DNA of 40,000 nucleotides from Nonomuraea sp. MG754425 (GCF_021699195.1 NZ_SSXE01000005.1:38770-78769); one strand, 5' to 3'; shown: positions 15,185-23,195, counted from the stretch's first letter. Numbers and translations: made by a program. The notes: generated by a model from the sequence alone, not told the origin.

Positions 15185-15342
15185 ATCCAGGATATCGCGA
15201 TTCCCGGCCTGTCCGCCTGACCTGCGCCTTACCTCGGCAATGACCGTGTGTCAGCAGCCGTGTGGAGAGTATGCCCCCAGGCCGCAGGCGCAGTTCGTAG
15301 GCCATGCGGACAGGCTTCGGCAGGGTTCGTTCATGGTCGCGC

Positions 15343-16326
15343 TCATTCGTCCACTGTGAGCTTGTCGATCGCGGCCTGGCGGTCGGCGTCGGTGGGCAGC
15401 GTGTAGCGACGAGCGGTCTCGAGAGAGTGGCCCAGCAGTTCGGCGATCGTGACGACGTCCACACCTTCGCGGGCGAGTTTCGTGCCGAGGGTGTGCCGGA
15501 GCACGTGGGTGGTGAAGTCTTCGTCGCGGCCGACTTCGATCCCGGCCCGGTCGGCGATGCCGTTGAGCACGTCGGTGGCGGCGCGGGCGGACAGCCGGCG
15601 ACCGCGCACGTTGAGGAACAGCGCCTTGGACTCGTCGGTACCGCGTAGTGTGGCCCGCTCCTTCAGCCATGTCTCCAACTCGGCGCGGAGCTTGGCGTGC
15701 AGGTTGACCTCGCGATACTTGCCGCTCTTGCCCATGCGGACGATGAGCACGCCCTTGCGGGCGCTGATGCGGAGGTCATCGAGGTCGAACGCGACGAGCT
15801 CGTGGATGCGAGTGCCCGCGTAGAAGGCGGTGTAGCCCATGGCGCGGTCGCGCGGAGAGGACAGTTCGGCCTCGCGCAGGAATCTCACTTGGGCACGCTG
15901 ATCGAGGGCGCGAGGGGCGAGGTTCGGCAGCTTGGTGCGCTTGGCGGTGGCTGGACCCAGGCCGAGGCGGCGGTTGAAGTCGTCGATGGCGGTCAGGTGC
16001 GCGTTTACCGTGGTCGGCTTGCGCTTGAGCACGGTCAGGAGATGGGCGCGGTAGTCGCGTGCGGCCCAGTCGCGGGCGGCGGGGTCGGTGAGGGGGTCGC
16101 CGTCGAGGTTGGTCGCGTCGAGCCAGGCGAGGTACTGGCGGACGCGGGAGAGGTAGTTCCGGCGGGTGTCGTCGTCGAGTCGGAGGAGCGGGTCGGTGAC
16201 GGCGGTTTCGTAGTCGGCGTAGACGCCCGCGTAGCGGCCGGGGACGGGTGTGGCAGTGGCTCCTGGGCGTCGTCGTGTGGGGCGTTGGGACGTTACGGGA
16301 TCTTGGTCTCTAATATCAGAAGTCAT
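15343..16326 (-). CDS. int: tyrosine integrase / site-specific recombinase (XerC/D-like)
   Basis: Catalytic pattern AGTRIHEL .. HVLRHT .. LLGHS..TARRYT (R..HxxR..H..Y). ATG 16326 is preferred over 16437 because the upstream stretch holds a palindrome and promoter elements. Confidence 0.9.
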   Translation of the reverse strand: MTSDIRDQDPVTSQRPTRRRPGATATPVPGRYAGVYADYETAVTDPLLRLDDDTRRNYLSRVRQYLAWLDATNLDGDPLTDPAARDWAARDYRAHLLTVLKRKPTTVNAHLTAIDDFNRRLGLGPATAKRTKLPNLAPRALDQRAQVRFLREAELSSPRDRAMGYTAFYAGTRIHELVAFDLDDLRISARKGVLIVRMGKSGKYREVNLHAKLRAELETWLKERATLRGTDESKALFLNVRGRRLSARAATDVLNGIADRAGIEVGRDEDFTTHVLRHTLGTKLAREGVDVVTIAELLGHSLETARRYTLPTDADRQAAIDKLTVDE

Positions 16327-16417
16327 TTCGGCGTCCTGTTCGCCTCGGGGAATCGGAATATCAGAAGCCGCACCTGGACCGCGCTTCTTATATTCACAAG
16401 TATCTGAAGTTTGGCAT

Positions 16418-16441
16418 CTCGTTGGCGGAAGCGCCAACGAG
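16418..16441. promoter_or_regulatory. palindrome-family copy 5, CTCGTTGGCG-GAAG-CGCCAACGAG (perfect 10-4-10)
   Basis: Direct read. Lies between int and the early operon and overlaps a -35-like TTGGCG. Confidence 0.7.
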
Positions 16442-16480
16442 CGCTACGATCGCGAGTAAATCAGTCTCCTCGCGAAAGAG
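16422..16480 (+). promoter_or_regulatory. putative early-operon promoter (-35 TTGGCG 16422-16427, -10 TACGAT 16445-16450) plus leader core CCTCGCGAAAGAG (16468-16480)
   Basis: 17-nt spacing. The -35 is embedded in palindrome copy 5. Confidence 0.4.
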
Positions 16481-16486
16481 ATGATC

Positions 16487-16750
16487 ATGGATCACATCGA
16501 GACCGGAGGGGCCGCCCGCTACGGCCGCTCCATGCGGCCGGTCGCGGTCGGTGACACGGTGGACGAACTCGAACTCTCTGCACTGGACAAGGCGCGGGCG
16601 GCATTTCCCCCGAACGTTCGCCTGGAGATTGTGCCGGACTACGAGATCTACACGGTCCCCGGTGACGGCGGCTTCAGTTCCTTCCCCGGAGTTCTGGAGT
16701 CGGGCAAGACGTACTACAGCCACATCACGGTACGCGAGGTGATCGCGTGA
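16487..16750 (+). CDS. hypothetical protein (87 aa), first gene of early operon
   Basis: ATG 16487 is 6 nt after GAAAGAG in the conserved leader. ORF-track 16481..16750. Confidence 0.7.
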   Translation: MDHIETGGAARYGRSMRPVAVGDTVDELELSALDKARAAFPPNVRLEIVPDYEIYTVPGDGGFSSFPGVLESGKTYYSHITVREVIA

Positions 16751-16998
16751 TGAGCCGTCCCATCATCACCGCTGTGGCGGAGGTCGAAGCGCTGGCCGCC
16801 CGGCGACGCGCTGGCCTGACCATCCTGGGCGTCAATCTCGACAAGGCGAAGGGCATCCTTCGGGGCCTGTCCGCTTTCGCTCCCACCACCGTTTACGTCT
16901 CCAAGCGTGACGAGGGTGTCTATGTCGAGCACGCCGACTCCGGGCTCATCGCAGAGCTTCGGGAGGAACTGCGCGTCGGGGGGTGGGCGGTCCGATGA
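16750..16998 (+). CDS. hypothetical protein (82 aa)
   Basis: GTGATG start/stop overlap at 16747-16752. Confidence 0.65.
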   Translation: MSRPIITAVAEVEALAARRRAGLTILGVNLDKAKGILRGLSAFAPTTVYVSKRDEGVYVEHADSGLIAELREELRVGGWAVR

Positions 16999-17303
16999 CG
17001 ACCTTCAAGATTCAGCAGGAAGTGCTGGCCAATCACGAGTTGCCCAAGCCGTTCTTCGCGGACGAGTCCGGCGCCATCGGTCGCCAGGACGTCTGGAAGG
17101 GGAACCCGGCGCAGGTCATCGGCTTCCAGTACGATCCGGATCTTCCCGAGATCGACCTGCTGTGGGATGACGCGATCCAGGACCCCGACCAGGCGTCGGG
17201 CATGTACCTCGTCACGGCCGACGCGGACGGGAACTTCAGCACGCACACGATCCTCGTGGAGTCGCTGACGGTCGTCACCCCTGCGGGCGGTGAGTCCCGA
17301 TGA
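16995..17303 (+). CDS. hypothetical protein (102 aa)
   Basis: ATGA overlap at 16995-16998. Confidence 0.7.
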   Translation: MTTFKIQQEVLANHELPKPFFADESGAIGRQDVWKGNPAQVIGFQYDPDLPEIDLLWDDAIQDPDQASGMYLVTADADGNFSTHTILVESLTVVTPAGGESR

Positions 17304-17680
17304 GCAACCTCGACCAGCTCACGCACGAGCCCGCCGACGACGACCGCATCGAGCACCTGGCCAGGATGGCGATGGAGTACGCCGCCACCGACCCGGACGA
17401 CGACGCACAGATCCTCTTCCGCCTGAACCACTCCTCGTTCATGGGGCAGTTCATGGGGGCCGTGCTGGTCCGGCTGCGTGACGCGGAGACGAAGCTGCGT
17501 GAGGTGTCGGTGGCGGGCCGCCGCGACACGGCGCTGAAGCTCGCCCGCGACTTCGAGAAGTGGGCGGAAATGGAAGACGACGACGCCCGCCGGGCTGCGT
17601 ACGATCACGCGGCGATCACCGCTACCACGCACGCGGAGTTCGCCGCGGCCGAGCCTCTGCCGGGCGGTGAGGTCCGGTGA
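17300..17680 (+). CDS. hypothetical protein (126 aa)
   Basis: ATGA overlap at 17300-17303. Confidence 0.7.
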   Translation: MSNLDQLTHEPADDDRIEHLARMAMEYAATDPDDDAQILFRLNHSSFMGQFMGAVLVRLRDAETKLREVSVAGRRDTALKLARDFEKWAEMEDDDARRAAYDHAAITATTHAEFAAAEPLPGGEVR

Positions 17681-17961
17681 GCGAGCAGGCGACCATGACC
17701 GTCCGAGTCCGCGACCGTTCCGCCGAGTCCCCGTGGGGGTCCGGCCCCACCAACCCGATCGTCCGCACGGTGACAATCTCCGCGTACTGCCCCGTGTGCG
17801 GAGAACTGCGGGGCACGCCGAGGAACCTCAACCAGTGCGACGACGGCGCGCACTACTCGTCCGACGTCTGGACCAACCCGTGCGGGCACACGGACATGTA
17901 CGCCGACGTGGTCAAGGAGGCCAAGGAACTCGCGACGGCCCAGGCCGGTGAGAGCCGATGA
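17677..17961 (+). CDS. hypothetical Cys-containing protein (94 aa, CPVCG..C..CGH)
   Basis: GTGA overlap at 17677-17680. Confidence 0.7.
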   Translation: MSEQATMTVRVRDRSAESPWGSGPTNPIVRTVTISAYCPVCGELRGTPRNLNQCDDGAHYSSDVWTNPCGHTDMYADVVKEAKELATAQAGESR

Positions 17962-18182
17962 CCGCCCAGGAGCGCATCTTCCTCAACGAGGACCTGCTGC
18001 TCACGCTGGACCAGCTCGGCAATCTGGAGCGCGCCGCCCACGACGTCGGGAAGTCAACGGCCGAGGTGCTGGCCATGCTCGCGGGCCGGGTGCAGGTGGA
18101 CCCCGGAGGCCGGCTCGCCCTGTCCGGCGAGTGCGACGAGGACGACGAGGACGAGAGGGCTGAGACCCCATGCGTCCCATGA
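17958..18182 (+). CDS. hypothetical protein (74 aa, acidic tail)
   Basis: ATGA overlap at 17958-17961. Confidence 0.65.
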   Translation: MTAQERIFLNEDLLLTLDQLGNLERAAHDVGKSTAEVLAMLAGRVQVDPGGRLALSGECDEDDEDERAETPCVP

Positions 18183-18382
18183 GCTGGGTGGAGATGGCCG
18201 AGCGGCCACGCAATGAACAGCTCGCATTCGTCCGGGCGGGCACGCAGATCTTGGTCTCCAAGATGATGCTCGTGACCGGTCTCACCGAGGGGGAGATCGC
18301 GCGGGCGGTCATGGAGGCCGCCAACCTCGACGGCGTGGCGAGCATGTCCGGCCGGGTGACGAGGATGAGTAGATCGGAATGA
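18179..18382 (+). CDS. hypothetical protein (67 aa)
   Basis: ATGA overlap at 18179-18182 (alternative ATG 18170). Terminator 18390-18419 follows. Confidence 0.6.
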   Translation: MSWVEMAERPRNEQLAFVRAGTQILVSKMMLVTGLTEGEIARAVMEAANLDGVASMSGRVTRMSRSE

Positions 18383-18389
18383 TCTTCGT

Positions 18390-18419
18390 GTGCTGGCAGG
18401 TTTCGCGACCTGCCAGCAC
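18390..18419 (+). terminator. hairpin GTGCTGGCAGGT-TTCGCG-ACCTGCCAGCAC ending the early operon
   Basis: 12-bp perfect stem, 8 nt after the stop. Confidence 0.65.
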
Positions 18420-18489
18420 GCGCGGAATGGTCTTCATCGTGGCCGCTCGCGGCCTATCTGACCTGGTCTGATGGTCAGCGTCGGTCAAG

Positions 18490-18526
18490 ACGTGAGGCGC
18501 TGAGATTCGCTCTTAGCGCCTCACGT
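18490..18526 (-). terminator. hairpin ACGTGAGGCGCT..AGCGCCTCACGT after the secreted-protein moron
   Basis: 12-bp perfect stem. Confidence 0.6.
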
Positions 18527-18570
18527 GCTTCAAGGCGAGATCACGGAGCTGCTGGCATTCGACGGTGCTG

Positions 18571-18957
18571 TCAACTGCGCCAGGCGGTGCAGCCACCGTC
18601 ATTGGCGCAATAGCGCCATTGACCATTCCAGAACGCCGTAGTGCCTGCCCTGGCATAGCTGACGCTTCGGTAGGCAGCTTCGCTTCCACCCAGGGAACTG
18701 CATGCGCTTGGAGTGCAGAATTGGGCGACGATCCAGTAGCGCGTTCCTGTCCCCGAGTAGCAGTAGCCGGTCACTATATGGCCATCGCTGGAGCCTATGG
18801 CGGCCTCGCAGTTGGATGGGGCTGCCGCCTTGACCATCTGTACGGTGGAAGCGGCCCCTGCTGTGGATGCTGTCGCTGACTGCGCTGGCAGTGCGATGAG
18901 AGCTCCGGTCGCCGCCATGGCGAGGACGGCGGTCTTAATCAGAGATTTCGTCTTCAT
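18571..18957 (-). CDS. secreted Cys-rich protein (128 aa, signal peptide, 6 Cys), moron
   Basis: Signal peptide MKTKSLIKTAVLAMAATGALIALPAQSA. Lower GC. Opposite strand to its neighbours. Flanked by hairpins. Confidence 0.75.
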   Translation of the reverse strand: MKTKSLIKTAVLAMAATGALIALPAQSATASTAGAASTVQMVKAAAPSNCEAAIGSSDGHIVTGYCYSGTGTRYWIVAQFCTPSACSSLGGSEAAYRSVSYARAGTTAFWNGQWRYCANDGGCTAWRS

Positions 18958-19174
18958 GTATTCCCTTCGATTGAATGAGGGCGTGAGGCCGGTTGACTAA
19001 GCGGTGTGGCACCGCACTCTTCACCATCAATCACCGAAGATTGCTTGGACAGGACAGCGGCCGGACATTCGGCGGACATTTCGCCACGTCGGTACCTGGT
19101 CGTGCAGCCTCGTGGCTCCCAGCAGCTCACTGGCTGGCGGATCCAGACACCACACGCGCGATTTGGAGGTTTCG

Positions 19175-19789
19175 TTGCGTCGTATTGAGTACATGCCCCT
19201 CCCCGAGATTGTGCGGGCCGTGCGGAACCCAAAGGAGCACGACCTCTCGGTCATCAGGAAGTCGATCGAAAAGTTCGGGTGCACGATCGCCGGAGAGCTG
19301 GACGACCGCACCGGCCGCCTAGTGGCCGGGCACGGCCGGCTGCTCGTGCTGGAGCAGATGCAGGTCGAGGGCAAGTCGCCGCCCGAAGGCGTCAAGGTCG
19401 CCGACGACGGCGTGTGGCTGCCGCCCATCCTGCGCGGCTGGTCGTCCCGCTCCGACGCGGACGCGGAAGCGTACCTCGTGGCCAACAACTCGACGTCGGA
19501 GCGCGGCGGGTGGGACCGCGGCGCGCTCGCCGACATGCTGGCCGACATCTACCAGGCAGACGAGGAGCTGCTGGCCGTGACCGGCTACGACCCCACGGAC
19601 ATCGAGGACCTGGTGCCCGCCGACCTCGGGGAGGCGCCCCCCGCGCCGGTCCCGACGCCGGGGCCGGCCGAGCGCGTCGAGCCGCCGGACGTGTGGGGCG
19701 TCATCGTCACCTGCGAATCCGAAGACGAGCAGGTCGAACTGCTGGAGCGGCTGGCCGCCGAGGGCCGCTCCGTCCGAGCCCTCATGTAG
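19175..19789 (+). CDS. ParB-like nuclease (ParB/Srx N-terminal) domain protein
   Basis: TTG 19175 lies 5 nt after GGAGG (alternative ATG 19193). NPKEHD..IRKSIEKFG..LVAGHGRL is the ParB-N signature. Confidence 0.8.
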   Translation: MRRIEYMPLPEIVRAVRNPKEHDLSVIRKSIEKFGCTIAGELDDRTGRLVAGHGRLLVLEQMQVEGKSPPEGVKVADDGVWLPPILRGWSSRSDADAEAYLVANNSTSERGGWDRGALADMLADIYQADEELLAVTGYDPTDIEDLVPADLGEAPPAPVPTPGPAERVEPPDVWGVIVTCESEDEQVELLERLAAEGRSVRALM

Positions 19790-19800
19790 AAGGAGCCGCT

Positions 19801-20895
19801 GTGCGCGCGGACATCACGCTCGCTACCCCCGTACGCCGCACCGCCAGAGTCCTCCAGTTGCAGGGCATGTTCGACGTGCCGCTGGAGGAGAAACTCAGTG
19901 CCTCGTGGTCGGTGAACCTGCCGATCGAGGAACGGAAGTGGAACGTCGGCCTGCTCGTCGGCCCGTCCGGGTCCGGGAAGTCCACCATCGCGAACGAGCT
20001 GTGGCCCGGCCGGCTTGTCAAAGAGCACCCGTGGGGGGATCGGGCGCTCGTGGACGACTTCCCGCTGGGCATGGGTATCAAGGACATCGTCGGCCTGCTG
20101 ACCGCCGTGGGACTGTCGAGCCCGCCCGCGTGGCTCCGGCCGTACAAGACGCTCAGCAACGGGGAGGCGTTCCGCGCGAGCATGGCCCGCGCGCTCGCCG
20201 AGCACAAGGGTCTGCTCGTCGTGGACGAGTTCACGTCCGTGGTGGACCGGCAGGTCGCCAAGGTCGCTTCTCACGCTGTGGCGAAGGCTGTCCGCCGCGA
20301 TGGGCGGCAGCTCGTCGCGGTGACGTGCCACTACGACGTGGTGGACTGGTTGCAGCCGGACTGGGTGTACGACGTGGCCACCGCGGCGTTCAAGTGGAGG
20401 TCGGTTCAACCCCGGCCACAGCTCCAGCTCGACATCCACGCGGCCGACCGGAGCCTCTGGCAGATGTTTCGCCACCATCACTATCTGAGCAGCGACATCA
20501 GCAATGCCGCCCAGTGCTTCGCCGGGTGCATCGACGGCAAAACGGTAGCTTTCGCTGCCTACAGGCACTTTCAGCATCCGAAGGTGCGTGACATCAAACT
20601 CGGTCACCGCCTGGTGGTGCTGCCGGACTTCCAAGGACTGTCGATCGGCGGGCACCTGGAAGACTGGATCGGCCAGCACCTGCATGCGCAGGGGTTCCGG
20701 TACCGGAATGTGACGTCGCACCCGGCGTTGATCGCCTACATGGAGCGCAGTGCTCGGTGGCAGCGGCAGGGCCGCGCCACCAAGCTCCACACGTCCTCGA
20801 AGCGGCGGAACCAGCACGCGAACACGCTGGACCCGCGCCGGCTTGGGCTGGTGTCGTTCGAGTACATCCCGCCATCGCGGCCGACGCATCAATAG
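19801..20895 (+). CDS. ABC-type ATPase fused to a GNAT-like acyltransferase domain
   Basis: GTG 19801 after GAAGGAG. Walker A GPSGSGKST (19960-19986), signature LSNGE, Walker B LLVVDEF, H-loop TCHYD. C-terminal RLVVLPDFQGLSIGG..GFRY resembles GNAT motif A. Confidence 0.75.
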   Translation: MRADITLATPVRRTARVLQLQGMFDVPLEEKLSASWSVNLPIEERKWNVGLLVGPSGSGKSTIANELWPGRLVKEHPWGDRALVDDFPLGMGIKDIVGLLTAVGLSSPPAWLRPYKTLSNGEAFRASMARALAEHKGLLVVDEFTSVVDRQVAKVASHAVAKAVRRDGRQLVAVTCHYDVVDWLQPDWVYDVATAAFKWRSVQPRPQLQLDIHAADRSLWQMFRHHHYLSSDISNAAQCFAGCIDGKTVAFAAYRHFQHPKVRDIKLGHRLVVLPDFQGLSIGGHLEDWIGQHLHAQGFRYRNVTSHPALIAYMERSARWQRQGRATKLHTSSKRRNQHANTLDPRRLGLVSFEYIPPSRPTHQ

Positions 20896-20960
20896 GAGGC
20901 TCAGCGCATGTGGAACGAGTCGGCGACCTTCCGGGCCGCCGCAACGAATGCATGAGGGAG

Positions 20961-20995
20961 CTCCGGGAGTGCACGCTAACCGGACACTCCCGGAG
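20961..20995. terminator. hairpin CTCCGGGAGTG..CACTCCCGGAG between convergent genes
   Basis: 11-bp perfect stem. Confidence 0.6.
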
Positions 20996-21026
20996 GTAGC
21001 CCCATGCTGGCCGACTTGGCAGTCAG

Positions 21027-21890
21027 TTAGACATTCTGTACGCAGTCGCGGACGATCCGCGCGTTGAACGGATAGACCAAGTTCTCGATGTTGTACTTGG
21101 TATCTTCGGCACCTGGAATCGTGCCCATGAGGTGCGCGAGTTCGTGGAGCATGATGAGGACTCGCTCCTCAGGGTCGCTGAGCCGCTCCTTTTCAGACAT
21201 CAGGTAGGTGTGGTGGCCTGCCGGCTGTTCGCCGAAGTACTTCTTGAAGAGAGTGATCCATCCGCCCGTACCGCTGAATTTCGAGACGGCCGGAGCCGTC
21301 TTGCTGGTCCCCTCAACCAAGGGGCTCTCGTGCAACGGGACCAGTTTGATGTTCCCCTTGTCGAACACCGCGCTCAGGACCTTGCGGGGGTCGGGCTGGC
21401 CTGGCTTCGCTGCTTCGAGCTCGGGGCCCACCTTAATGTTCCCCTTGTCGAACGTCACCTTCAGCCCTTGGCTGATCAGGTTGCGGCATTTGTTGTCGGA
21501 CTTGACCAGGCGGGCGTGCGCGCCGTCGTAACCCTGTTTGAACATCTGCAGGTCGGCCTCGGTGTAATGCGCCTCCAGGGCTGGAGCCGAGTCGGTTTCT
21601 TCGGGCGCAGACTCTTCTTCCGGCAGCAGCACTTCGTCGTCGTTGACGAGTTCGTCGGCCGGTTGGTCCTCCTCGATTGGCTCAGGTGTGTCGTCCTCCT
21701 CTTCGGGCGTCAGATCGAGCAGGGCTCCTTCGCTGTCGGGGTTCTCCGAGCAGAAGAACACGGCTTCCTCATCACACAGGTCTGCGGTAGCCGGGCTGAC
21801 GGCCACGTAGCCGCCACCGACCACGATGGCGAGCACAGCGGCAGCCGCTAAGACTCGGCGACGACCCTTCGGTCGGGTTTCCTGGCTCAT
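21027..21890 (-). CDS. membrane-anchored/secreted HExxH zincin-like protein with acidic linker, moron
   Basis: ATG 21890 after AGGAGGGA. N-terminal RRRVLAAAAVLAIVVGGGYVAV. Asp/Glu-rich linker. HELAH near the C-terminus. Lower GC. Confidence 0.75.
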   Translation of the reverse strand: MSQETRPKGRRRVLAAAAVLAIVVGGGYVAVSPATADLCDEEAVFFCSENPDSEGALLDLTPEEEDDTPEPIEEDQPADELVNDDEVLLPEEESAPEETDSAPALEAHYTEADLQMFKQGYDGAHARLVKSDNKCRNLISQGLKVTFDKGNIKVGPELEAAKPGQPDPRKVLSAVFDKGNIKLVPLHESPLVEGTSKTAPAVSKFSGTGGWITLFKKYFGEQPAGHHTYLMSEKERLSDPEERVLIMLHELAHLMGTIPGAEDTKYNIENLVYPFNARIVRDCVQNV

Positions 21891-22074
21891 GGTCCCTCCT
21901 TCGAGACGGGGATGTCCCTGTCTGTTGTAGGGCCCAGCCTGATGACCAGCCAGGTGAGAACGGATGGCCACTGTTGACCATCGAACTCGGCTGACTGGTC
22001 AACAAAGCGAGGTAAGCAGCACCTCAGGTCAGCCAAAACCCCGGCCGCCCGACGAGAGAACGGAGAAATAGATC

Positions 22075-22380
22075 ATGATCGTGGATATTCGGCAGTACGA
22101 GCCCAGGAACGCCGTCGTGGAGGCGGTCGAGGTGAACGGACTCGACCTGGACGACATCGTCGTCTGGATCAACGAGACGTCCAAGCTCAAGGGCATCGTC
22201 GGGCAGCCCGCGCTGCGCGGTCGGTCCGCCGAGTACATCGACCTTCAGACGCCGGAGGGAATGCTGCGCGCCGTCCTGGGCGACTTCATCGTGACGGACG
22301 GAGCGGGCTCATTCTGGAAGATAAGCCGGTCGGTGTTCGAGCGCAGTTACGCCCCGCACGTCGGCGGCGAGGGGGAGTAG
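22075..22380 (+). CDS. hypothetical protein (101 aa)
   Basis: ORF-track entry. GGAGAAA upstream. Confidence 0.7.
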   Translation: MIVDIRQYEPRNAVVEAVEVNGLDLDDIVVWINETSKLKGIVGQPALRGRSAEYIDLQTPEGMLRAVLGDFIVTDGAGSFWKISRSVFERSYAPHVGGEGE

Positions 22381-22646
22381 TGCGCGTTCAGGTGCTGCGG
22401 CTGCCGCTGTATGAGATCGGCGGCGTCAGCGAGGAGCCATTCGCGCTCATCATGGACCAGGCCCCGGCCGAAGGCGACGGCTGGTCCACGCCCACGCTCG
22501 CGGTGTTCGCCGAGCAGATCGGCGCCCGCGGCGTGTGGGTGACCGGGCAGACGGTGGAGATCGTGGAGCCGCACCTGCCCGACGTGGTGGACCACCTGCT
22601 GGCCGTCGATGTGGCGGCTGACGACGCGGACGGCGGCGGCGAGTAG
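22380..22646 (+). CDS. hypothetical protein (88 aa)
   Basis: GTG 22380 shares one nt with the upstream TAG. Confidence 0.6.
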   Translation: MRVQVLRLPLYEIGGVSEEPFALIMDQAPAEGDGWSTPTLAVFAEQIGARGVWVTGQTVEIVEPHLPDVVDHLLAVDVAADDADGGGE

Positions 22647-22649
22647 CAC

Positions 22650-22667
22650 GTTGGCGGAACCGGCAAC
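22650..22667 (+). promoter_or_regulatory. palindrome-family copy 6 GTTGGCGGAACCGGCAAC
   Basis: Direct read. Starts 3 nt after the stop at 22646, upstream of terS. Confidence 0.6.
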
Positions 22668-22688
22668 GGACGGAGGCGAGTTCTGGCG

Positions 22689-23195
22689 ATGGCTGACGAG
22701 CAGCGGAAACTGGAACTCGCCCGGCGGCGTAACCAAGCGCTCCAGATGCGGATCGCCGGCGTCTCGCCCACGCTGATCGCGGAGCGGCTGGGCTACAACA
22801 GCCCGCAGGCGGCCTCTGGCGACATCACCGCCGCTCTGAAGCGGGCCGCGAAGACGGAAGGGCTCGCGGCCGAGCATCTGCTGCACCTGGAGTTGTCCCG
22901 TCTGGACCGGATGCTGGCCGCGCTGTGGCCGAAGGTGCTCAAGGGAGAGGTGCAGGCGGCCGAAACCTGTCACAAGATCATTAGGACTCGAGCCTCGCTG
23001 ACCGGCGTGTCCGAGCTGAACCGCAACGGCGCCCCGGACAACGACATGGCGTCGCTGCTCGGCGCGATGCTGGCCCAGCTCCAGCAGCGCTACCAGGTGC
23101 CCGACCCTGACCTCGACGCCATCACGGCGGCCGACATGCACGCCGAGGTCGTCACCGGCGAGGTGCTGTACGACGACGCCGGAGGCGAAGCATGA
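22689..23195 (+). CDS. terS: terminase small subunit (HTH N-terminus)
   Basis: N-terminal ARRRNQALQMRIAGVSPTLIAERLGYNSPQAA HTH. Immediately upstream of terL and overlapping it. Confidence 0.75.
   Translation: MADEQRKLELARRRNQALQMRIAGVSPTLIAERLGYNSPQAASGDITAALKRAAKTEGLAAEHLLHLELSRLDRMLAALWPKVLKGEVQAAETCHKIIRTRASLTGVSELNRNGAPDNDMASLLGAMLAQLQQRYQVPDPDLDAITAADMHAEVVTGEVLYDDAGGEA

Noticed and set aside
16327-16437. Longer integrase start at 16437 (MALPPTRCQTSDTCEYKK...).
   Set aside because: The extension would cover the 24-bp palindrome, an AT-rich promoter-like stretch and the direct repeats. ATG 16326 gives a normal-length tyrosine recombinase.
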